Source: Eledone cirrhosa (Eukaryota). From it: a stretch of DNA of 64,000 nt. The notes beneath the pieces are model-generated. The model had not been told where the DNA came from, did no database searches, and saw nothing but the letters and a program-made list of their open reading frames with translations. Below, in pieces: positions 38,101 to 50,295 of this stretch. The stretch covers positions 13,702,001 to 13,766,000 of the forward strand of contig OZ024743.1 in assembly GCA_964016885.1 (NCBI GenBank), given 5' to 3'. A program made the position numbers and the translations under genes. How positions within the stretch are numbered: position 1 is the stretch's first letter; every line of letters begins with the position of its first letter.

Positions 38101-40180
38101 CAGGTATTATTTATCTCAGCATTCAGATCACTGTCTGCTTCGAGTGGTTCCTCCCTTCTCTCGACCTCTTCATCTTCATTTCCCACTGGCTCGTTTGCAT
38201 GGCATACTCCACCCTCCATCTCCAAGCTAATCTCTCTGCTCAGTTCCTCCAGTTCCAGCTCGCTTACCCACACATTAGTTCTTATTACCCGAGCCTGCCC
38301 GGCCAGTTTTTGTTCATCTAATTTAAATGGACCAATCTCGTTCCAGATGTTATGCATCCTTTTCCTATAGCCTTTCTCCTTGGGGTTACTCTTCAGGTAA
38401 CATTGCATAACAGTTCTATTCAATTCTTTCGTCCAGTTGGTTCTGGTCCCTTTCCTTCTTCTTCTTCCTCCGACACCTGCAGTATTTGGTTGACAGCCAG
38501 GTCCCTGCTGCTGAGCCAGGGAGCACCTGTTGAGTGAGAGTCTGTCACATGACATTCTAGTCTCCATTTCACCGTCATTCGAACTGTTTAGGTTCGACAT
38601 TTAAACACTCTTATCGAGGATTGGCGAATGTATGGTTACATAACCAACGGTGAATTACTTGTCTCCGGTGGTTTCCTCACTCCGCGTGACTTTTGTGTGG
38701 CATTATCACGTTGTAGACGAACCCAAATAAACAAAACAAACAAACAAACAGGCAGAAAATACCCCCAAAATTAATAAGCATAAGTTTCATTGTAATGTAG
38801 TGTTTGAATGTCTGACTTAGTTTTTCCCTTCCATTCTCTGTCCGTCCGTTTGTTTTTCTCTTCATTTTTATTTCCTTTACGTTTTTCGTTGTTGCTGTGC
38901 TGCTTTGATTTTGATTTTTTTTTTATTCTGACCGGGTCATCAATTCAGTCTATTTATATATTTTGATGCCTTCCTCTTTTAGTGAGAATTCTACAATGTA
39001 GCAGGGGCTAGCGGGAGAGAATAGCGGCGGCAGTTACAATGAGGCAGCGGCGGCGGCGGCGGCGATGGCGTTGCTGTGCCAGCAGCAACTAGCAGGAGGT
39101 AGTGGGAGAGAATAGCGGCGGTAGCGATAATGAGGCAGCGGCGGTGGCGATGTTGTCGTATTACTGTAGCGATGGTGTTGAAGATGGAGTAGAAATTTGA
39201 GTCGACTTGACCAGTTTTCATCGTGGCACTGGTGGTGGCACTGGTGGTGAAATTATCTTTAGGGAAATTATCATTAGTCGCGTATATTTGTTGACATATT
39301 TTCTTATTATTGGAATTAAACATTTTGTTAAAACTAAAACTCAATTTTTATTTTTTTTTTTATTTTGACCGGGTCATCAATTCAGTCTATTTATATATTT
39401 TGATGTTTTCCTCTTTTAATGAGAATTCTACAATGCAGCAGTGGGTAGTGGGAGAGAACAGCGGCGGTAGTGATATTGAGGCAGCGGCGGCGGTGGTGGT
39501 GGCGGTGCTGTGCCAGCAGCAACTAGCAGGAGGTAGTGGGAGAGAGTAGCGGCGGTAGCGATAATGAGGCAGTGGTGGTGGTGATGTGGTCGTATTACTG
39601 TAGTGATGGTGTTGAAGTTGGAGTAGAAATTTGAGGCGACTTGACCAGAGTTTTCATCGTGGTAGTGGTGGTGGTATTGGTAGTGAAATTATTTTTAGTA
39701 AAATTATCGTTAGTCGCCTATATGTGTTGACATATTTTCTTAATATTGGAATTAAACATTTTGATAAAACTAAAACTTGAGGCAATATTAATAGTAATTA
39801 TTATTATTATGCTGAGATTGGTGGTGGTGGTGGCGAAATTGCCGTTATCTGGCTGTTGTGTTTAGTGTACACAGAGGGGTGATGGGGTAGGTGGTGTATC
39901 TAGTTTCTGACGTTGGTGAAATTGCTGTTATTTGGCTGTTCTATATAATGTAGACAGAGGGGGTTTTCTTCCATTTATAACCATTTTCTTTTTTGAATAT
40001 AAAATGTATAATACAAAATTGAATATTTGAACGATATAACAATATATTATGGATTCGAATTTTTTGGGACTCAAGCCGGATGTTTTATGCAACATTTGTA
40101 CTAAGAATTGTTATTTCACAATTGATTTAAATATGTTAAAAAAATCAAAACTTACGGGAGCGATTTCTCGACCTTCTATC
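35131..40180 (-). mobile_element. Dong-like copy D5, near full length with leader; extreme 3' end deleted
   Basis: ORF pieces 37263..38600, 36475..37194 and 35155..36357; leader homologous to the D3 leader. Confidence 0.88.
35155..38600 (-). pseudogene. D5 ORF (Myb-like, RT with FMDD, CCHC, RLE), frameshifted
   Basis: [38 protein letters not shown]. Confidence 0.92.
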
Positions 40181-41334
40181 CACCCGCTACGTGGAGGGCT
40201 GGGCATGCCGTGGCTGATGATGCGCAGGCACGCGCTCAGGCTACGACATCTCCACCTCTTCCTCGACGGTGATCAGGTGTGGTCGCCGTTTGCTAGACGC
40301 GTTTTTCCCCAGCTCGTTTCCTTGACGGAGCTGCAGTCCTGGGTCAAGCGAAGACCGAGAGGGAGCGCCTGGAGACTGGAATGTCTTCAGGCGCTCACAG
40401 CCCTCGACCAATCGGGCAATGTGATCGGTGGAAACTCCACCTCGGCGTTCTATAGAGGATTAGTGGAGGGGAAGAGCGACGACGTACTTGGGGAAACTCT
40501 AGGCGTCGACGAAAATCAACTAGCCAATCTCTTCGGAAGAACTTTCGGGCCGGGGCCTATGGACAACTTCCAGAAATCTCTGGCCTGGCAGTGCTACCGA
40601 GGAGCCTTGCCAATTCGGGATAAACTCTACAGGCATGGAGGTGCCGTCAGCCGGGCATGTCCGAGATGCGCGCAGGGCGACGAAACCGTCCTGCACGCAC
40701 TCGTCCAGTGTCCGAAAATTGCTGACTTGTGGGTTTATGTCGAACACCTGCTGTCGCGTTTAGGACGGATCCAGCTATCATCTGAGTCTATCGTGAGAAT
40801 TGCCCCGCCCTCCTCCTTTAGCCGGGAAGGGCAGGCAGTTTTTATCTGTCTGGTGGCCATGGCGAAAGAGATAGTATGGTGGACACGTTTGAAAGGGCTG
40901 AAGACGAGCACTTACCTCTTCGGTGATGCTCTGATTGACTTTTTCAAATTTCATTTGAAAAGGAAAATCAGAGTAGAGAAGGAAGTGCTCTCTTCCCAGC
41001 ATTTTGTTGAAAGATGGGTGAGAGAAGCAAGAATGGCCCGAGTGAATGGGCCGACTCTGAGTATATATCTGTAAACTAAAGGTGGAAAACTGGGAGAGGG
41101 CACTTGCCTTGGTGGTCAGGGTCATTGTGACTTTTTACTGGGCTTTCTCCACAAATGTCCCTCCGAAGTCTCCCCCCTATTGGGGAATTTTTCATTGTTA
41201 TTTTCATTGTTATTTTTGTTACATCCTCTGTTTTTGTTTTTTTACACGCAGAAATGCCCATTTGTACCGTCCTGCATTGTCCTGCACTGTCCTTAATGTC
41301 TACTTTATGTAAACCCTTGTGGTTAATAAAGAAA

Positions 41335-41336
<2 letters not shown>
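40181..41336 (+). mobile_element. Tx1 family B copy T4, 5'-truncated, almost identical to T1
   Basis: Open C-terminal frame HPLRGGLGMPW..TLSIYL; shares the ttttcattgtta duplication in the 3' UTR with T1. Confidence 0.93.
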
Positions 41337-41402
<66 letters not shown>

Positions 41403-41615
41403 GAATGACATGGTTGACGGCGGCTCTGCTCTGTAAGGTATTGTAAATTTTAACCGCTATAACAATTGTAAATTGTTTAAAACTTTAACCAAATTGTAGA
41501 CAAAAACACCTTGCTCCTCGTGAGAGGGGTCTTTCTGCCCGTTATTTGGCCCTTCGGGGTTAATTAACCGCTTATTGGCGTTTTGTGCCCAATATTTATT
41601 TTAAACCAAAAAAAC

Positions 41616-43586
41616 ATGGCTACAAAAAAGAATTTTCACAAATCACTCCCACTCATTCGGGTCTTCTTCTTCCTCAATCGTCACTACACCAGAGAGAAGA
41701 TTGTCTCTCTCCTCCCCTTCTCTAAATGTGTCTCTCTCCCTCCCTTCTCTTTCGCAAGCGACGCCAGTAAAGAAAAAGAAAAATATAGTTTCTGATAGTT
41801 TCCAAGAGCACGTGCAAAACGTGGAACATTTCTCCACGACGACGACAACGACGATAATTGTGTGTAAATACGGAAACCGATTTCATTCGTCTGACGTCAT
41901 GAATAATAGCAGTAGCAGCCGTAATAACAGCAGCAGCAGCAGCAGCAGCAACAGTGACAAGGAAAACAACAGTAGCAGCAGCAACAGCAGCATAAACAAC
42001 AACAGCATTAGCAGCAACAGCAACAACAACAGCAACAGCGGCGGCGGCAGTCGTAGTACCAGTAGCAACAACAAAAGTAACAGCAGCTCTGACGAAAACA
42101 ACAACAACAACAACAGCAGCAAAGAAAACCCAATCTCGTTTGCAGGTATCGCAGAGAACCTGGAAACCATCCTTATAACAAATGAGGAATTAGAGGAAGC
42201 GAAGAAGATGGTGACGAAAACCGGACACCGAGCAATCTGCAAGGCAGCCGAAAAATATTTCGAAACCAAACAGCACTGTACGGTCACGTACCGTACAGTA
42301 AGCACAAAATCCCGTAGGGTTGAAAGAGCCACAGAGGCTCAAATACAAAAAGCCTTAGGGTCTGTGTGGCAGCGGAAAACGCATATCACCCAAGGCAAGA
42401 AATATGCAACCGTGGAGTGCTTTTTTCCACACACCAGGAGGCAAAGGCTCAATCCCTAGTGACCCTAAGGAGCAAGGAAATGGTGTTGGTGCCCTCCTAC
42501 TGCGGGCAAAAAATTAAAGGGTCAAACTGACCCATGTCCCCTCCGGGATGGTGGTCGCGTCTGTCCTCGTCGGAATCGAGGACAAAACAACTGTACTGCA
42601 AGTACAGCAAAAGTACGAGAAGATTGGGTCGGCACTTCCATTGAGATGTTAATCCAAACCAACCAGGAGTGCATCGAAGCTGCCCATAAGTGTTGAGGGC
42701 ACACGCCCGAAATGCTTTCGCTGTGGATCGAAGACTCACCTCAGGGCCTTCTGCAATGAGAAGACCCTGAGAAAGGAGAAAACCCCCCTCCTTCCGAAAC
42801 CGGCTCCACTGCGTCCAGAAACAGGACAGGCAGCAACCAGGAAGGATAGGTCCGTGGCACCCATACCCACGCCACGGAAATCAAGAACCACAGCAGCAGT
42901 GGAAGTATTAACATTGACAACAGCAATACCAACTGCAGCTGCAACAGAGACTCCACTGCAAACATCACTAACAACAACAAGTGAAAGAGTGGAGCTGCTC
43001 CCCCTCCCCGACCTCACAGAATCGGACATGGGGTGTGAGGTGGGCGAGGGATGGCAAAATGACGCAAGTAGGCACAAACGCAGAGGCAGCGCATCGTCGC
43101 TTTCGAAAAGGGAGGAAAGAAATGAAAAAAAGGGTAAAGGCTATTCCAAAGAGATTTATAGCAGCAACACCACCAACAACATCACCACCTACACTAGCAC
43201 CACCATCACCACCGGCGGCAAACTCACCTCCAACAACAACAACACCTTCAACACCACCACCACAAGCACCAACATCGCAAACACAACAACAAAACCATCA
43301 CACCCAGCAACAACGACAAGAAAATAGCAGAACCACACCCCACCCCCAGAAAAACAAATGCACAGAAATAAATACACACAACAAGAAACTAATGACTTAC
43401 ATAATTGAACACACAGACATTTCACAGCACGACTACATAATACCAGCACCAATCAAAACACCAACGAACATAAGACTGGTAAGAATAGCATAGAAACAAT
43501 ACACAAACACTAAAACGAAATTCCCCAACGCAATTGGTGATTTCAGAGATGTAGGAGGGACACTCAACCGGAGATATATTCGGTAA
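41616..43586 (+). pseudogene. T5 ORF1, multiply frameshifted
   Basis: CTVTYRTVSTKSRRVERATEAQIQKALG homologous to T2 ORF1; CFRCGSKTHLRAFC knuckle near 42713. Confidence 0.8.
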
Positions 43587-43733
43587 TACTTACAGAAGAG
43601 CCGACGACCAGCCGAAGGTACGATTCAACGGTCCCTTCACCAGACGATCAAGTGAAAAGGGATGGATAAACCATCCTTCCTCTGCGAGAAGTAAGGTAAG
43701 TGGTCTTTTCCGTCTTTTCCACTCCATTTCAAC

Positions 43734-46700
43734 ATGACCTCACTCAGAATATGCAGCATAAATGCGCGTGGCTTGGTGTCGTCAAGGAAGCAGGGCCACC
43801 TGCTCAACGACCTCAGGTCACTAAACATAAGTGTAGTCGCCATCAGCGAGACCAGAATCTCCAAAGCACGAGCCTTCGCACCGATCTTGCGCGGCTACGT
43901 GGGTACGCATCTCCCAGACGTCCTGGATCGGGGGGAGGAGTTGCTGTGCTTTTTCGGAGAGGTTTGGATCTCGTCATACGGGCCATCTTCCTGGACCCAG
44001 AAGGTAATTTGGTGGTGCTGGACGTGACCAGCGGAGACGGGCAAGCTTTCAGGCTAGTGGCCGTCTCTGCCCCGACAGGAGCAGGGCGGTCTGATTAACC
44101 GACGTCTGGAGACCTTTCTAGGAACGTCCCACTCTTTAGTGTTAGTGGGCCACTGGAACGGGATCTTAGATGTACGCTGGGACGTGTGGGATTAGCGAAT
44201 AGGGGAGGAGGGTGCAAGAGTCTCTCTCACCAGCCTGCTCAGGAATTTTGAACTGTCTGACAGGTACCAATTGGATTTCCCGAATGTGCCAATGTGGACT
44301 TGGACAAATCGTATCGGGTCATCCAGATCATATCTAGCTAGAGTATTTTGTATGGAAATAGAGAGGTCTAGCATGAGCTGTCCACAATTCAAGATAGTCA
44401 GCTACACGGATCACAAATTCGTGATCTGTGTGCGTGACTAGGATAGGCTTCATAGACGAGGACCCGGCTACTGGAAGCTAAACGCGTCCTTACCAGCGCG
44501 CAAGGCCTACAGAGACCGGATTAGCGAACTAGTTAAGCGAGCGTTGACGGGGGCCATCGTCAACAACCAGTGGTGGGTTGCTCTGAAAAGAGCAATTATA
44601 ATAGAGTCCATTAGGTTTAGTAAGGCTTTACCTATAGAGGAAAATAGAGCAGAGGAAGAATTATCCAGAAAATTAGACGAGACGCTTAGCACAGGCATCA
44701 CGACCGACGTACTTGCGGCGGAATTGGCCCTACCTAATTCTTCAATGCAAAGCACGAAGGCTGCGTTTTCAGAGCAAGGGTGCTTGCTCTCAGACACGAG
44801 GGGACGAAAGCCGTTCAATGGGCCCGAGTGGCGGAGGCGCGTCGTGGCAACAAAGCCACAATCCGGTCTTTGGTGGACCACGACGGGCGCATGCTACTCG
44901 ATCCCGGGCAAATGTGTGAAGCTTTTCAGCGACACTTCACTCAGCTGTTCGGGGGCAGCGGTGGGCCGGGTCGAGGGATGGACTTTAGTGTCTACCTCGA
45001 CGGACTTCCGTGGCTCTCAGCCACTGAGGCGGAGTGTTGCGAAAAGCCGATAACAGCCACTGAAGTACGGGATGCAATGACTGGCTGCACAAGGGGTAAA
45101 TCGCCTGGTTTGGATGGTCTTCCCTATGAACTTTACGTACAGATGCCAGAGTTGTTCGGAGGCCTCTTGGCGGACGTCTACTGCAACTGGCAACAGAACG
45201 GGAGAATTCCCAGTTCTGTGAGCCGAGGAGCGGTGGCACTGCTGAGAAAGGATCCGAACAAGGGGGATAACATAGATAATTTCCGGCCCATAACTCTGCT
45301 AAACACAGAGTTCAAGATTTTGGCCAAGGTGCTAGCAAAGAGGTTGGCGCTTGTCGTTGGTGGTCTGGTGGGAGAGGCGCAGACATGCGCCATTCCCGAC
45401 AGATCCATCCACGACAACCTTCACCTCATGCGATACATCGTAGAGAGGGTAGATAGGGAACCTGGCACGGGTGGGTCCTTGGTCAATTTAGATCAATCGA
45501 AAGCTTTCGATAGGGTCGACCATCGTTACCTAGCGGCAGTCCTGAGGGCGGCTGGCTTTGGGCCCGTCTTCAGAGGCTGGATCGCTGCCATGCACAGCGA
45601 CATCTGCTCTGTGGTGAGAGTGAACGGTCACCTGTCGGAACCGTTCAACATCATGCGCTCGGTCCGCCAAGGAAGTCCCCTCTCGTCCCTCTTGTACGTA
45701 TTGACTCTCGAGCCATTACTGCACAAACTGGAGACGTTGAGGGGCGTCCCGCGCGAACTAGGATGCGGAAGATCCGTGTCAGCATATGCGGACGATGTCA
45801 CCGTAGTGGTGTCGAACGCCAAACACACCGAGGTGATCGGCACTATACTAAGAGAATACGAAGCGGTGACAGGAGCAATGATCAACCAGGAAAAGTCAGT
45901 GGGCCTGCAGCTCGGCACCTGGAGAGACAGGTCCATGCCGTCCAATAGCGTCGTCGGACGCTGGACGGACGGACCGGTTAAATTGCTAGGGGTCTGGTTC
46001 GGTCCGGACCTCCAGACGGACAAAAACTGGGACGAGGTGACGAGCAGGGTGGCTTCTCTCACCCCGAAATGGGCGGAGACGAAGCTATCCCTGAAAGGTC
46101 GAGCGGAAGTGGCTAACGCGTACATCGCGTCTGGCATCTGCTACCGCCTGACCGTCGTACCTTGTCCTAAGCCTCGCCTGACTGCGCTGGAGCGTTTGCT
46201 CTTTCGCTTTTTGTGGAAGGGACGCGCTCCGATGGTCAGGCGGTCTATCTGTTGTCAACAACCGCTACGTGGAGGGCTGGGCATGCCGTGGCTGATGATG
46301 TGCAGGCACGCGCTCAGGCTACGACATCTACACCTCTTCCTCGACGGTGATCAGGTGTGGTCGCCGTTTGCTAGACACGTATTTCCCCAGCTCGTTTCCT
46401 TGACGGAGCTGCAGTCCTGGGTCAAGCGAAGACCGAGAGGGAGCGCCTGGAGACTGGAATGTATTCAGGCGCTCACAGCCCTCGACCAATCGGGCAATGT
46501 GATCGGTGGAAACTCCACCTCGGCGTTCTATAGAGGATTAGTGGAGGGGAAGAGCGACGACGTACTTGGGGAAACTCTAGGTGTCGACGAAAATCAAATA
46601 GCCAATCTCTTCGGAAGAACTTTCGGGCCAGGGCCTATGAACAACTTCCAGAAATCTCTGGCCTGGCAGTGCTACCGAGGAGCCTTGCCAGTTCGGGATA

Positions 46701-47152
46701 AACTCTACAGGCATTGAGGTGCCGTCAACCGGGCATGTCCGAGATGCACGCAGGGCGACGAAACCGTCCTGCCCGCACTCGTCCAGTGTCCGAAAATTGC
46801 TGACTTGTGGCTTTATGTCGAACACCTGCTGTCGCGTGTAGGACGGATCCGGCTATCATCTGAGTCCATCGTGAGGATTGCCCCGCCCTCCACCTTTAGC
46901 CGGGAAGGGCAGGCAGTTTTTATCTGTCTGGTGGCCATGGCGAAAGAGATAGTATGGTGGACACGTTTGAAAGGGCTGAAGACGAGCACTTACCTCTTCG
47001 GTGATGCTCTCATTGACTTTTTCAAATTTCATTTGAAAAGGAAAATCAGAGTAGAGAGGGAAGTGCACTCTTCCCAGCATTTTGTTGAAAGATGGGTGAG
47101 AGAAGCAAGAATGTCCCGAATGAATGGGCCTACTCTGAGTATATATCTGTAA
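43734..47152 (+). pseudogene. T5 ORF2 (APE-RT-zinc finger), several frameshifts and stops
   Basis: MTSLRICSINARGL..AYADD..; colinear with T2 ORF2. Confidence 0.92.
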
Positions 47153-47400
47153 ATTAAAGGTGGAAAACTGGGAGAGGGGACTTGCCTTGGTGGTCAGGGT
47201 CACTGTGGCCTTTTACTGGGCTTTCTCCACAAATGTCCCTCCGAACTCTCCCCCTATTGGGGAATTTTTCATTGTTATTTTTTGTTACATCCTCTGTTTT
47301 TGTTTTTTACACGCAGAAATGCCCATTTGTACCGCCCTGTATTGTCCTGCACTGTCCTTCATGTCTACTTTATGTAAACCCTTGTGGTTAATAAAGAAAC

Positions 47401-47448
<48 letters not shown>

Positions 47449-47451
47449 TAT

Positions 47452-47965
47452 TCGCTGAGAGCGTCGTATGGGTAGAGTCCTAAAATACGTTTTCCTGTGG
47501 GTCCTCTCAGAAGCATCCATTTCAACTGGTCCGGCTTCATGCCCATGTGAGACCAGCCGATCTCCTGGATGTTATCCAACCAATCTCAGACGGGGTCTAC
47601 CAAAAGGCCTCCTGTCGGTTGTGATTGCACACAAAATCTGTCCAGATATTCTTTCCTGACACAATCTAATAACCGTAGTAGTGGTGATTTCACAATTTGG
47701 AGAAGTAGCGGCTCTACCTGGAGCGTAGCTCTGATCTCCGAGATACAAACTCTATCGAGAAATGTTATTTCATAGACCCTTCAGAGGAACTCCACTTCGG
47801 TAGCTTGTATACGGGATCGTATTCCATCGGGCATTACCTAAGATTCATTACAATAGTCAAGGCCTTAATTGAAGTTAGTGAGTTAAGATTTTGCACTGCC
47901 TCCCTGCTTCTGGTTACTGAATGATGATGCATGTGTATTACTGCACCGGCTACTGAAATTCCTGA
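47452..47965 (-). mobile_element. Decayed RTE 3' fragment whose 3' end runs into the (TAA)n tract
   Basis: Minus-strand translation IRSRIQATEVEFL*RV..FLDRV..EIRATLQVEPLLLQI..GRPR..WLDNIQEIGWS. Confidence 0.75.
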
Positions 47966-48739
47966 ATTAATTCAGCTCTCTGCCTTCATCACACATGCAC
48001 CCGGCCCCGGACATATTATTGATATATAATGGATGATCGCATTTAAAGTCCGTATAAATATTCTTGGCGCTACCATTGTTACCATCGCTTTCCTCTAGCC
48101 ATGGGGCTTGGAGACATGAACCGAATGCTACCATTCTATTGTATATCAATGTGAACTGCTATTTCTAATAGCCATCTTTTCACCCCTTGATAATTTGTGT
48201 GTGAGACACGTTGGCTCAGAGCTTCTGACAGGAACTAATATGTTGATTCTTTTTAGCTTCCCGTCCCCACGTAAAATTTGTAAATCAGGGCTAGTTGAGA
48301 GATAGAGTCCTATCGGTTGCCAGTTAATCGCTTTACCGTGTCGGTTGTCACAAACAGTCATGACCGGCACGGGCCGGTGTTTGGATTATGTCGATCGATT
48401 GATTATTGATTAGGCGATACTCGCTGATGAAGCTGCAGAAGCCGATTGTGCATTGTTGCATACTATATGCAAACAGATGGTGCAGTGCACCTTACTGCTG
48501 CATTAGTGCGGCAGAAATTCGAGTCTGGGGACCTTATATGCACCCGTTTTACGTGTGTTGTGTTGAGGCAAATAACTATGTGTATACTCTGGTAATGTAT
48601 CTTACATTACCCATTGAGTGCGCTGAGATACAACCGGTACTGGCATTGATAAATATGGTGGATCCGTCAACCCTTATTATATATATATATATACACACAC
48701 ACATACACACATGGATACACACACACACGTACACACACG

Positions 48740-48804
<65 letters not shown>

Positions 48805-49145
48805 TACCCCGGCATTCGCGGTCCCGGTTATTCGCTGACATTTCATTAGAACCCAATTAACAATTCCACCACATAGTTGCGAAATTGTAAATGTCTTCTG
48901 CTATATTTATGGCATTTTTTGTGACAATATATATTTCTCACGGTTTTTAACGCTAAATTATTAATAATAAAATACCGTATTTTCTGTTTTACATCAAGTT
49001 TTGATGTTTTATGCATTTTTATGGACCACGTCCTGTATTTGCGGTCTTTAAATTTCATAGGTGCTCTAGAAAACTAACCCTAGCGAATACTGTAGGATAA
49101 GTGCATATATATACATACACACACACAGACATACACACACACATA

Positions 49146-49193
<48 letters not shown>

Positions 49194-49224
49194 TGTGTCC
49201 GTTAATAAATTGAAGACGAAAGAG

Positions 49225-49262
49225 AAACTTTTCGGGCATAAGCCCTTCATCAGGAAAAAGTT
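49225..49262 (-). ncRNA. Degenerate hammerhead core
   Basis: CUGAUGA-A-GGGC uuau GCCC-GAAA; stems I and III are not convincing. Confidence 0.35.
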
Positions 49263-50232
49263 GGTAGGAAGAGACTTCCGATGGTATGTGGGGGTGTGGT
49301 GGAAAACATAAAAAAAGGGGGGGGATATATAAAAACACATATATATATATATATAAATACATAGACTAACATACAGACACATGCAATAAAGATTTTTATA
49401 TATGTATATGCATGTTTGGCTTAATACATGTGAAGAACAGATTCTAGATTTCCAAATTTTAGACATTAAATAACGAGCATTGTGTACATTTCAAAGGCGT
49501 TTATGCGATAGTTATGTAAATTTAACTCGTCATAATCAGTCAGAATTTCAAAACGTAGGTGTTATGTAAACTATTAGAGATAATTTACCCTAAATGCACT
49601 CACCCTATAGTAACAATATCTCCATGTTTCCCTGCATGTCTTTAGGAGTCATAATGATATAGTAGTTCACCAAATGTTCTTGTGAAGCTAGGAATCATGG
49701 CATCAAACCATATCTTGCTTGATGAATTCATGTGTTGTCATCCACTCCCCACCCACCCTCAGCCCTCAACAAATGGTAATAAAATATTTTTTTACATTTT
49801 CTATATTGTTGTGTTTCAATTAATATTCTTTCTTGATGTCACCCATTTAGATATACACCAAGGATGTGATTCGTTTTAAAATTATTGAATGTTGTCTAAT
49901 TGATCATAGGTGGCTTAAATTTAGTGATATCACGATGTATATAATATAGTCTGCATATTACATTTCTGAAAATTAGTCAGTTGATGACTGGTTAGAATTA
50001 CGTAAATATCGTCTAACGCCACAGAAACGTACACAACTGTCGTTAATTACCACATTCAACTATAAAAATGTAGACGCGTGTCTTCATATTTAGAAACACA
50101 CTGATACTCTGGTGGATACCATTCTGATCATATTAGAAACTTACAACTGGATTGGGGTACTTAAGCTCATTACACTATATTACGTTGATTGCGGTGATAA
50201 AATACAACACTTCCAATCAACTAACATCGATA

Positions 50233-50295
<63 letters not shown>

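Larger units (their letters stand above)
41403..47401 (+). mobile_element. Tx1 family B copy T5, full length (~6.0 kb), decayed
   Basis: 5' UTR, fragmented ORF1 and ORF2, 3' UTR; (TTA)n on both sides. Confidence 0.93.

Noticed and set aside
19010-47452. CRISPR-like or telomere interpretation of the repeat-separated array
   Set aside because: The separators are variable-length (TTA)n microsatellites and the intervening units are kb-scale retrotransposons. There are no cas genes and no TTAGGG/TTAGG arrays.
48800-48835. Helitron 3' end (GC-rich hairpin followed by CTAT on the minus strand)
   Set aside because: The hairpin is weak, the terminus is not CTRR, and no matching 5' end or second copy was seen.
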